DNA of 64,000 nt from Massalongia carnosa. Taxonomy: Eukaryota. The DNA lies in assembly GCA_965645245.1 (NCBI GenBank), contig OZ287073.1, positions 434,001-498,000 of the forward strand, given 5' to 3'. Both the position numbers and the translations under genes were made by a program. The notes under the pieces were generated by a model. It saw nothing but the letters and a program-made list of their open reading frames with translations, was not told the DNA's origin and ran no database searches. Shown here one piece after another: positions 35,253 to 46,868 of this stretch; positions within the stretch are counted from its first letter, which is position 1; the number at the start of each line of letters is the position of its first letter.

Positions 35253-35879
35253 GGTGCTTTAGGAACGGGTGTTCGTCATTGGGAGGTAGGGGCACCGAGA
35301 CAACGTGAGGTCGACGACGAGTCAGTGAGATTGGAAAAGCAGCAAGCACTGACAGCGAGGTAGGGGCACCGAGACAACGTGGGGTCGACGACGAGTCAGT
35401 GAGATGGATGAGGCCGAGTGAGAAGAAGTGAATGAGGAAAGAATTTTCAGAGGGTGATTCTTAATTTACTTTGACTCAGGGGCCTCACGTGACATAGAAC
35501 CATCTCATCTTTGTGCAATCGTGAGACTATTGCTCTGTACATTGGGCATGATAATGATGATGATTAAAACCTTCTACTGCATATCAGATGTAGTATTGCT
35601 GTCTTTTTGACGACGAGAACAGAAGCAATTCGAGATTTTCTCGACTATTTTAGTACTATATTCCCCTTGTAAGCTAATAAACACTAATGCACGTCTCATG
35701 TACGCTAGCAAGGACTTTCAGCGTCATCCTTCGTACATTATATCCATTGATTGACCCTTTTAAAATGAAGCTATTCAAAATCAAATGCTGACGTTCATCT
35801 ATTCAGCTTTCGGCCTTTTTACCCACCAAGCCAAACCGTTTAGCTATCGCTTTTTCATAGAGAAATATTTTCTTTTGTC

Positions 35880-36470
35880 TAGCTGTCTCAGCACGCTTTT
35901 GATGACCCTTCTTGAATACGATGTAGATAATTGTGCCTCACATCTCGAACGATAACGATTCCTCCCTTCTGAACAACGATGCCAGCAAGCTTTTGTCGGG
36001 CCCTTTTAGCTAATGCAGCTGTATGTATGGCTTGCAAGTCGCGTTGCGTCAATTCTAGTAAATTAGCGTTTGCAATCGACCCTTTGATAAAACATCGCAT
36101 TCTTTCTGAAGTAATTTCTTCATTATTATTCATTCGTTGAATAAAGTTTTTCCCTTCCTTAACAACGTCTTTGAGCTTTTTAAGGATATAAGGTAGGATT
36201 ATTCTCTACGAAGAGGATATTGATAATGATGATAATGCCGGATTTAAAGCACGAATTTTGGTCAAGAATACCTTCGGATTGTGAGATATCAACCTAGTTT
36301 CTTCCCAGATTGATTTGATAGTAGATGATTTGAATGCCTTTGTACGAAATTGATTGAATGCGTCCAGAAAATCCAGACGATTGAAGTCAACGTCACCCAA
36401 CCGAATGACGTTCTTAACCGCTTCAGCATGATAATGTTCCATTGACTGAAAAATAGCAACGTCTAATGAT
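35880..36470 (-). pseudogene. Fot1/pogo transposase C-terminal remnant
   Basis: LDVAIFQ motif upstream of ORF 36206-36442, FKSSTIKS.W, and VQKGG in ORF 35888-36133. Confidence 0.65.
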
Positions 36471-37443
36471 GATAATTCTTATTTCGATGTGGTACAGGCC
36501 GAAGGCCGGCCATGCGGGCAAGTGAAAAACCAAGTAATCCGATACTTCTACGAATACTCTCCGAGTCTCCGTCGAGAGATCTTCCTAAAGAACAGTTGAC
36601 CGATGACAAGTTAAAGAAAAGAATCGACGTATTTAATCGCCAATTGTCAATGATATAAATGCTGTGCTGCCAGTGAGAACTGGGTTAGTAAGCCGGTCTT
36701 CATTAACCAAGCGGAAACTAGTTTCATCGCTCTGGATGAGTCAGTAATGAGTCGATAATTATTGTTCCTATGGAGCGTAACATTAAATGTCTGTTACTGT
36801 TGAGTTTGCAAAACATGATTACATGTTTCGCGGTTTGTTTTGGCCAGCCACATGGACACTTCGGTGTCAAGACGTCGGGAACGCGACGTCTAAATAGGAA
36901 GTCGGCTGGACCTATCTTTTCTGAGCGTATCTGAATTGTTAGAGCGCTTTCTGCTTTGGCTAGAGTTTCGTGTAATTTGATGCGTGTTTTTGTGAGTGGG
37001 GCTACTTGTGCTGGAGTAGGCGTAGATGTGAGGTTCTGATATGATTTCCAAGAGGTCTGCCATGCGTCTGTGTATCGTTGTTTTATTTTTGCGATTATTT
37101 TGCCTTGAACGGCACGCGCTTCTTGGATGTCTCGAGCTGTATTTGGGGGGGTTTCGGCCCATGGTGGGTTCGCTACCGGCATCAGGCTTTTTTGGGTATC
37201 CGATGTTATTTTCTTGGCCTATGCATATTTCAGCGTTCCCGGAGTACTCGTAGGAGCTCGCTTTCGTCCAGCCCGTCCTCTGAGTTTGTTTGCAATGGAG
37301 TTGCATGTATTGATGATAAATTTCTTTTGACCTCCCTGACACAAGCGATGTCTAGCCTGAGCCTGAAGTTGATCTAGATGTATATCAATTGGGGCTATGT
37401 ACATTTCCGCTTCCAGTACCGGTATGGGAGTTGCCCTAAATGC

Positions 37444-39252
37444 GAGGTGCTTAGGGACAGTCCCCCCCCGACCGTCCCCCCCCTCCCCCCCCCTGTGTAA
37501 ATCTTTGCTAGTAAACAGCCATTTCACTGCTTATCCAGGGTGCGTACAAGCTAGTAATGCAACTGCCAACAGCACATTAAACTCTTTTCGGTTTAAATCG
37601 TATGACGTGTTATTGCTACTTATAATTATCCTACTCGGCCTGATAAAGCATACCCTCACCCTCATCCTCACCCTCACTTACCATTAGCCCTTGCCTATAA
37701 GACAATTCAGTGCAGAAAATATGTGATGAGGTGCGGAAAAAACAACAGCGAATACGCAATCCTAGATTGATCGATAGAAATGCCTTTACGCTACTCATTG
37801 GGAAAATTACGCATCATGCCATTGGCCTCGTTTCCAGAGAACTCGATGCCGCCAAATCATTAGCTGAACGAATCCTTTCTATTGTCCCTGATGGTGGAAG
37901 CTGTGTTTATGATTGTGAATTGCCTTTAAGGTACGGTCTCCCATGCAAATACTGGTTGTATAAATGCATCATCGACTCGGTCTCTATTCCCGTTTCCCTC
38001 ATCCACCCCCGCTAGTTTTTTGATGGCCCACCTTATGTGGTCTCTTGGCAAATGACCTTCTATTTCGCTCGCGGCTCGGAGCCCGAGGTCGAAAAGATCG
38101 TCGATGAGATCGAAGGGACGGCAGAGATTGAGGCTGATAAGGATGAGGTCGAGCTCGAAGAAGGCGTGTTGAGTGAGGATAGATTTGATTTCGCCGCGGG
38201 GGCCTTGATTTGCTACATTCTGTGGCATATCAATCTATTGACCTGCATCAATCAATAGAAGATTCTCATCGAAGGGAGGAGTACGCTCGCGAGCATTCTC
38301 ACATCGTTGAAAAGTTCAATAAGAAATGGGCAAAAGAAGGAACTGGTAAGACCTCTCATCCCCACCACATTCCCTGACGAGATTCGGCCCAAAGAAAACC
38401 TCATGTATAAGAAAGGAGGGAGTCGTCGACGTGCCTACACTGGTCGCGAGGCAGCTGAGGCTAGAGAAACTGAACAGCGACGTACTAGGCGAAGGGACTC
38501 TATTGAACAAGGGAGGAGGCTTAGATATAATAGATTGCGTGCTGGGGGCGACGATGAGGTTGAAGGTGAAACAGAAGGTAAAATTCACGATGTTGCAAAG
38601 TTATTGCGCTCGGGTCGGCTAATATTGGGTACAATAGGTTTAGGAGAAAACTTAGTTATGGAGAGAATCGAAAACGCATCTATCGTCTCCGATGACGATG
38701 ACGAGGTGCAGTATATAAGCATTCAGCCCATTCTCGGTCGTTCTATGGATCCTATGCTTCCTTCGGATGACGATAATGATGTTATTCTTACATCAGAAGC
38801 CTCGTCGGATTCGCTCGAAGATATTGACGATGTGCTTGCCAAGCATAGTCAAAAAGCCCTACCTGAGGCTGCGCCGCCTCCATCTCTTTATAGTCTTAGC
38901 CAAAACGTGCGCGCCAGTTAAATTCTCCCTACTTCCTCTGCAACAACGCGAAGGTCTCGGGGTGTGACGAAGAAACCAAACGGCGATGAGAAAGACGGTT
39001 GAAATCATGAAGCCTTGAAAAGATGATGTATCGCAATTGATTGACGAGTTTTTGGAGTTGAAGTCATCGCAATAGGTAGATTTGTAGGTGTTGAATACAC
39101 TTAGTCAGTAACAGCAACATTATTAATACGTAGTGTAACTGCTAGCTTGTACGCACCCTGGATGAGTAGTAAAATGGCTGTTTACTAGTAAAGATTTACA
39201 CAGAGGGGGGGGGGTGGGGGACGGTCGGGGGGGGACTGTCCCTAAGCATCTC
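37444..39252 (+). mobile_element. Internally deleted MULE, copy 2
   Basis: Near-identical to 28679-30457; TSD GCCCTAAATGC (or its 9-bp core). Confidence 0.85.
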
Positions 39253-39964
39253 GCCCTAAATGCCCCAGCTATAGTTCGTAAGCATTTATTCTGTATGACG
39301 GCTAGCTTGTTTGAGATGCCGTTCGATTTTTTTTATGTCCTTTGGCGTGTGCCATATGGTAGAACCATACGTCATGGCCGGACGGACTACGGCGGTGTAT
39401 ACTTGGCGGGCTTTTGGAAAGGTGGCGCCCCATGTGGAGATAGAAATTTTTGTCAGTGCCTTGGATTGTTTTGTCAATTTTTCCTGGATCTTTCTGACGT
39501 GCGGACCCCATTTCAATTCTGTGTCGATTCGAAGTCCCAAGATTCTAATGTCCGTTTTTGGTTCTATGTTGCTGTTTTCTATTCTAACGACAGTAGACAT
39601 GTTGAATTTCTTCGGATTTCTTGACAAGTGTATCAGTTCGTACTTTTTCGGTGCAAAAACTGCTCCGTGTCGAATAGCCCATTTTTCGCATTTCTTGTGA
39701 ATTTCCTCCAGCGTTTTGCAGTTTTCTTCCGTGCTTTTCCCATATGCTAGTACGTTTATGTCGTCTACGAAACCTAAGGCGCTCGTGTTTGTTCCGGGTC
39801 TTTCACATATGTCTAACAGGTCTACGTTATAGAATAGATAAAGGATATGAGAAATAGGAGAGCCTTGTGGTATTCCAGTTCGTACTTCGAATATGCCGGT
39901 GGCTCGGCTATGTATTGCTAGCGTGGTGCTTCTTAAAAACTGTCTACCCAGGTGCCAGTCAGTA

Positions 39965-41692
39965 CAGTCAGATCGGGTTATAAGAAACTGCTGATTAAGA
40001 AACCTCGGCTAGTAAGAAACTCGGACGAAAAGGCCGGTTTTTTTCTGGTGAGGGATAAGAAACCTCGCTCTATTAGAAAGTTTTTTAACTTTCTCTAAAA
40101 AATTTGCGGTGGTTTCTTATAGTAAATATGACTTCTCCTTCGACTTCTTTGAGATATAATAGTCAAAATCCGGAGACTCCATCTCGAAATCCTTGAAAAC
40201 GTCCTACATCCCCGCTTTCTCCCAGAGAGAGAAGCAGAAAAAAGCGTGACGCCTTTACCGACGACCAACGACGAGCATTATGACAGCGTTACCAAGATCC
40301 TGCTGTATCTGGAGATGACAAGAAATACGAAAAACTGGCTGTTTGGTTTGACAATCTTTACCGTCATAAAATTGACAAAGGACAAGTTTCCAAAATCCTC
40401 TCACATAAATGGGCTCATCTGGATACATCTCACGCATTGCTACGCCCGAATCTGAAGAAAACTCGAACTGCACATTGGCCTGAATTAGAAACGGCCTAAT
40501 TTGAGTGGCAACAGCGCATGCAACGCAAAAAGAGCGCCTTTGTCGGGCGATTTGTTAAGAGAAATGGCCTTGAAATTTTGGAAACGATTACCTCTATATC
40601 GTAATCAACCATCTCCCAGGTTCTCTATTGGATGGCTGAATTCTTTCAAAAGAAGATACAAGATTACAAAACATAAACAACACGGCGAGCTCTATTCCGT
40701 CAAGCGTATGGAGGTTGAAGAAGAGCTAGAAGTAATACGGGTACAGCTATTATCATACGATCAGGATGATATCTATAACATGGATGAAACTGCGTTATTT
40801 TGGAAGGCTACACTCAGTACTACATTGGCTACGGAAAAGCCCTCAGGCGGCAAGGTGGAAAAAGCGAGAATTACTGCAAATTTCTGTTGCAATGCTATTG
40901 GAACTCACAAGCTTCTCATATGGTTCATTGGGACGGCCAAAAATCCGCGTGCTTTTGGTTCACAGGGTGTTCACGCTTGTAACCTGCATATGGTATGACG
41001 CAGTAACAGCAGAGCTTGGATGTCGGACGATACATTTCAGGAGTATTTACGCTGGTTTAATGGTAACGTAAGTCGTAAGGTTGACTGAAATCTCGTGTAA
41101 TCGGGGCAAAATATGGGCCAATGACTCGAGAAAAGGCAGAGAAATATGGCTATCTCAATGAGGCTCGGGCACAAGAGCAAGAAACGGAGCAACGACTACA
41201 GATACAAGCTACAATACGGCGTTTGGAAGACCGTGGTCATATACAAAGCGCCATGCATATTGGCGAATTTCTGAACCCTGTTGAAGAGGTGGTAGAGGAT
41301 AACGAAGAGGATAACGAAGAGGATTTGAAGGATCACATCGTTGCTATATATGGTGACCATGAAATGGAATACGAGACGGGGGAGAAGGAGGTCATTGTAT
41401 CACGTGTTCAAAACAAGGACGCTCTACGAGCTCTTGAAACGTTACGGTTATATGAGGAGCAACGAGAGGTCGGTGACGATGATTTGATACGTCGTCTGAA
41501 TCGTAAAGAGTGAGATATCAAGACCTCAATGGCGATTAGCTCTAGGCAAGCTGTAATGACGGATTTCTTTGTCATTAGGTAGTCGATAGGTATAGTCTTG
41601 AAAATATGCCAAGAATTTTGATATTAGAAACCTCGCCTAATAAGAAACCTAGATGCTACGATTTTGGAGTTTCTTATAACCCGATCTGACTG
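39965..41692 (+). mobile_element. CENP-B/Tigger-type pogo transposon, deleted
   Basis: TIR CAGTCAGATCGGGTTATAAGAAACT; TA TSD; FSIGWLNSFKRR, HGE, YNMDETAL; rest of the DDE domain missing after about 41085. Confidence 0.88.
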
Positions 41693-42190
41693 TAATCCAT
41701 TTTGGGATTTTCGTTTGCGCAGGTTATGAATTAAACATCGATGTGACACTGTATCATACGCTCCTGCTACGTCCATGCTTAACAGAGTAGTTATTTTGTC
41801 GTTGCCTTGTCCCCATACTGTGTGAATTTGTTCAGTTAACAATTCCAGAACAGTTTCGGTTGATCTTCCTCTTCTGGCCCCCATCTGTGTGTCCGGTAGG
41901 AGTCTGTGGGTTTCCGCTAGGTGAGTAATTTTCTTGGACATGATAGATTCCATAACCTTGCCGAGCGTGTTCAGAAGTGCTATGGGGCTGTTTAAAATAG
42001 GAGGGATGGATGGAGAATGATAGACCCAATGCACAGAAAATAGGTGGCAGAGTGCCAGAAGTCTCTGGATAGTACAGAACTTCTTTGAATGAAATAATTC
42101 AGATTATTGCGACTGATCTCTAAGCTATGCGTAGGAGTGATGTTATATACACATGATCACAGAACATTCGAGATTCTCCTCGAACGTCTA

Positions 42191-44771
42191 ATCGTCGGCT
42201 CGCTTACCTCCGGGATCCGACTTGAAAAATTGTCGACCGCATTTTAGTCGGGGAAAGCGGTTGCATCCCGGAAAGCGGTTGCATCCCGGAAAGCGGTTGC
42301 ATCCCCCCAAATTCAAATTTCTTCATCTTTTTGATCATTGACCAACAACCACATTGATTAAAAATCAGCCGATACCGTATATAGCTTGAAAATCATTTCT
42401 CCGACCCAACTGATTATCAATTCAAATCCTTTCCTTTCGAATCAATCCCCCGAACCAATCTCCCCTTTCGAATCATGGATAACGACGCCTCCCTTGTCTC
42501 CACTCTCAACCCCATGGAAAGATTGAAAAAGGCGAAGGAATTTCTGACAAATCATCCCAAAGAAAGTAAAACGACTGCAGCTAGAATCTACAATATCAAC
42601 GTTAAAACTTTGACGTCTTCCATTCGTCGACCATAAGGGAGGAAAATTGGAGGACAAAATTAGATACTGAGGGAGCATGAGGCAAGGTCAATTACTGGCT
42701 TTATTAAGTCCTTATTGATTCATGGAATTCTTCCTACACATCAGATGGTTTTCAAGGCTATTGTAAGTCTGAAAAAGGCCTATAACCCCCTCGAGGTAGG
42801 CCCGTCAAGAAGATGGTTTCGGAGCTGGTGGAAATGTAACAAACTTCATAAAATAAAGACAAAACCACTAGCAATGATTCGTTATAAAGCTGCCCAAGAA
42901 TCAGATGTGATGGAATGGTTTGAAATGTATAGAGAGGTGTTGAAAGAGTTGAAAATTCGAAAAAGTCGGAACATTTTGAACTTTGATGAAGCTGGTTTTC
43001 GGGTTGGATGCATGAGGGGTCAGGAAATCATTGTTCCTGAGGAAATCAAACAATTCTACGCCGTCAGCCCGGAAAATCGCAGATCTGCGACAGTTATTGA
43101 GACTATCAATGCTGCCGGCGACTATCCCCCCCTCCAATGATCATCGTACAGGGTCATGACATCATGGCCACATGGTTTTCGGAAGGTGTGCGCTCGAACA
43201 GTGATTTTACATCTGATAAGATAGCAATTAAATATTTGAAGCATCTTATCAAACATACAAATGCAGGACCTGATGCGGAATGGCAATTATTGCTGATGGA
43301 TAATCATGGCAGTCATACAACCCCTGAATTTTCACTTTTGGCCAATGAGAATCGCATTCGACCCTTTCCCTTTATACCACATTTAACTCATTGCATGCAA
43401 CCATTGGATGTGGGCGTATTTCAGCCTTATAAGCATTGGCATTGCAAACCTATTGAGGAAGTCGTTGCGTCGTCATTTGTCGAGTATTCTGTCTCAATTT
43501 ATACAGGACTTGACCAAAAGCAGAAATCATACATTCAAGACTTCTACGATTCGGCATAAATTTGAAAAGTCGGGAATGTGGCCGATTGATCCAAAGGCAT
43601 GCATTCGTCAGCTGAAAAATTTCAATCCCAATGATCCCAATGATTCATTAAACAGTCTGAATACGAATAATGAGCCCTCATTACCCCTACCCCCACCTCG
43701 TCAAATCCAACCGACAAAATTAGCTGACATTGAGTATGGTTTGAGTCAATAGGGACCGAAATCAGAAAATCCATGCAATGGAGTGATCCCGCTCGGGCTG
43801 AGGAATGGGACTCATTTGTAGACAATACAAATGAAGTTGTTTCGAATACGATTATCGATGGCATGGAGTTGGAAATGCATCGAGAATCAAGAAGAAGTCA
43901 GTTAAATAACAGACGAATGTCTCGTAAACGTCTGAGACCAGAAACCGGAAGATTGGGAATCACAGCGGAAGATGCAAAGCAGGCTATAGCCATCAGACTA
44001 CAACAGGATCAAGAGGCTGAGGAGAAACGAGCGAATAATAGCTTCATGAAGCTATGGCGAATAGTAAGATATGAAATGCATGTCAAGGGATTGGCTGCTC
44101 GAAAAACAGAAAGAGATCGAGTCAAACAGCTGAAAGAAATGCAGAAAATGCTCGGTCCCATTCCAATTGAGATGTATGAGAAGATTCCTGACCCCGAGGC
44201 ATTATGGAAGGCCACGAATGAGGTATGGATAGCTGAGGAAGCGAAGAAGGAAATTAGAAAGAATCCGCGTGACAATGTCAATGAGGAAGATGTCACGTTT
44301 ATCGTAGATAACACCGGTCATGGAGATAATTCAATCCTTCCAGATCTTCTAGAAGGAGAAACATGGCTACGATATGATTTCGTATCTTTCGATTTGGAAG
44401 AATCATTGAAAGAATTCGATTTAGAAGCATCTTTTCAACCAGGAGATGCGAATAATTGGTAGAATGCGGGGTATGCGGGGTATGCGGAGTAAGCGGAGAA
44501 TCACGAGGGTCAGGGGGTCAGGGGGGTCAAGGGAAATGATTTTGACGACGATGATGATGACGGCGATGATTTTCAAGCTATGTACGGTAGCGACTGATTT
44601 TTAATCAATGTGGTTGTTGGTCAATGATCAAAAAGATGAAGAAATTTGAATTTGAGGGGATGCAACCGCTTTCCGGGATGCAACCGCTTTCCGGGATGCA
44701 ACCGCTTTCCCCGACTGAAATGCGGTCGACATTTTTTCAAGTCGGATCCCGGAGGTAAGCGAGCCGACGAT
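42191..44771 (+). mobile_element. Fot1/pogo transposon with long TIRs, copy 1
   Basis: About 200-bp TIRs starting ATCGTCGGCTCGC, each holding three 18-bp repeats GGAAAGCGGTTGCATCCC; TA TSD. Confidence 0.92.
42476..44462 (+). pseudogene. Fot1/pogo transposase
   Basis: NFDEAGF, LMDNHGSH, QPLDVG; multiple stops and frameshifts. Confidence 0.88.
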
Positions 44772-44821
44772 TATAGACCTGAATTTCTAAGCATCGAAGA
44801 TACCAGAAATTCCCAGATGTT

Positions 44822-46495
44822 CAGTCCCGTGTCAAAAGTTTACGACTCTACCCGCGATCTTCGTGATTTCGCGTTTTAACCTACCAACCCATCAACTTTG
44901 ACCTCATCATTTCACCATGCCACGCACTCCGTTGACTTCAATTTCTGGTAATAAGCCTCCTAATACCGAATTGAATCAATGTCAAAGAGGTATGATTGTT
45001 GGAGCCCAGGCATTGAGGCATGCACCGGCCGAAATTGCAAAGACATTAAATGTGCCTCGAACTACCGTCATTTACACTCTTCAAAAGCACCCAGAACGCA
45101 ACAACGAAAAGTCCAAATCGCGATCGGGTCGGCCTGGAATATGTTCGAACCGCGATCGAAGACGTATCATCAAACTTGCACGAATCAATCCACGCATCAC
45201 CTGCGCGCAGCTGCGTACGGAGGTTGAGGTGCAATGTAGTCGATCCACTCTCTATCGGACGCTCAAAGACTATGGTCTAACAAACTGGCTGGCAAAAAAG
45301 CGAGCTTTATTGACGCCCGAAGTGGCAAAGAAGAGACTAGACTAGTGCTTGCTTCGGCGTGAGTGGACTTTTGAGCAGTGGTCAAAAATAATATGGTCAG
45401 ACAAGTGCTCGGTGGAAAAGGGGTCGGGAAAACAGCGTCAATGGGTGTTCAGGTTTCCGGACGAAAAATGGAAAAACATATGATACAACCGTACGGCAAA
45501 GGAAAAGAGGTTAAGGTCATGGTATGGGGGGCTTTTTGGGGGGGGGGGGTCGGATCTTTACAAATTGGCCCGCGATTTCGAGGCAAAGAAGATGGGGTAC
45601 TCCGCGAATTCATATTTGGAATTATTGAACGATAATCTGCTTTGAATTTGGGAACCAGGTCTCATTTTCATGCAGGATAATGCCCCCATTCACACTGCCA
45701 AAAAGGTGAAGAAATGGTTCGATGAAAACGGTATAACAGTCATCGATTGGCCCCCTTATTCCCCTAATTTGAATCCCATCGAGCACGTTTGGTACGTGCT
45801 CAAGAAGCTCGTCTACCAGGTCAATCCGGACATCGACTCAGTGACTGGTAGTGATGATAGGGTCCGCGAGGTACTTTGGAAAGCTTTGGAAGACACATGG
45901 GCCTTGATAGATGAGGAAATACTGAAGAGTTTAGTAGACAGCATGGAAAGGAGGATTGAAGCTTGCATCCAGTCAAAAGGATGGTATACGAAATATTAAA
46001 AATATATTTCTCAGCCCAATGTGCTTGCTATAATGTATGTAATCGTCGTACGAAGTTTCAAGATATCAAAATAACAACTTGATAGTTGTCGATATTAATA
46101 GACCGTGGTTCAAGCCAATTCCCGAAGTAAGATCCTCTTGAAGGAAAAGCACGTGATTTCGGACTAATAACCGAGGCCTCGATCTTTCAGATGCTATTTC
46201 TTTCTATGCCATATATCTAATTTCTAATACTCAATGATTTCAAAGCATTGTACCTCGCATGGGTTCCGGATCACTAATGATTTATTAGTAAATAGAAGTG
46301 GCTGGAAGATATCTAGATTATGAAAGAATGTGGCGAAATGGTCTATATAACTAGCTAGAATTTCCAGTTTAGATAGACAAGGAGAACATCATTTTCCAGA
46401 TCAATAAGAACGGTCCGACAATAGTTGATAATTCAAAGCAGAAGTAGGGTAAAAAGTTGATGGTGGGGCTGTCGGAAACTTTTGACCTAGTACTG
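44822..46495 (+). mobile_element. Tc1 element B
   Basis: Imperfect TIRs CAGTCCCGTGTCAAAAGTTTACGAC / CAGTACTAGGTCAAAAGTTTCCGAC; TA on the right side only; disrupted transposase 44917-45999 with WSD, QDNA, SPNLNPIE. Confidence 0.82.
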
Positions 46496-46868
46496 TAACC
46501 ATTCCCATATCAGTAAAATACGCGAGGGCATTCGCATATTACGTCAGATATGATCTAGCTGGCTTGGCATTCGCAACAGGGGCGATAGGTGTTCGGAGCC
46601 GTATCCCTCTCGCTGGTGAATTGGCACCCCCTTCCCGCCCTAGCTATAACTAGATGGTTTAGAGCTCCCGAAACCTTAAATATCTACCAATCAAATAAGC
46701 GGCTTGCTACCCCTTTCTGACCCTTTTTAAGAATTGCCCAATCAATTACTATCTACCTGAACTCCATCTACTACTTTCAGTTCAAATGTATTGCCGCCCA
46801 GCAGGCCTGATTTTTACAACAAGGTCTGATTGGATGACATCCTCCACACGCCCATCTTGTTTGAGAAC

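Larger units (their letters stand above)
31282..35550 (-). mobile_element. Ngaro-like tyrosine-recombinase retrotransposon
   Basis: Order ORF1 - RT/RH - YR, no methyltransferase domain; bounded by direct repeat ATTGGGCATG at 31282-31291 and 35541-35550; Tc1-A sequence on both sides. Confidence 0.9.
27742..35733 (-). mobile_element. Tc1/mariner element A, host to a MULE, a solo LTR and the YR element
   Basis: TIR CGAAGGATGACGC(C/T)GAAAGTCCTTGCTA at both ends; TA TSD at 27740-27741 and 35734-35735. Confidence 0.88.
36475..41990 (-). mobile_element. 5'-truncated Tad-like LINE, split by MULE copy 2 and a CENP-B-type element
   Basis: RT motifs PIALLNTLGK, MDVAGAYD, PQGS, FVDD, ILGLRID, GAFRATP; C-terminal CPCG..QTAKHVIMFC; GGCCTTCGGCC hairpin near the 3' end. 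Boundaries approximate. Confidence 0.85.

Noticed and set aside
35283..35405. Hammerhead ribozyme pair in the duplicated leader
   Set aside because: No CUGANGA/GAAA core with flanking stems seen by eye; a covariance search was not run.
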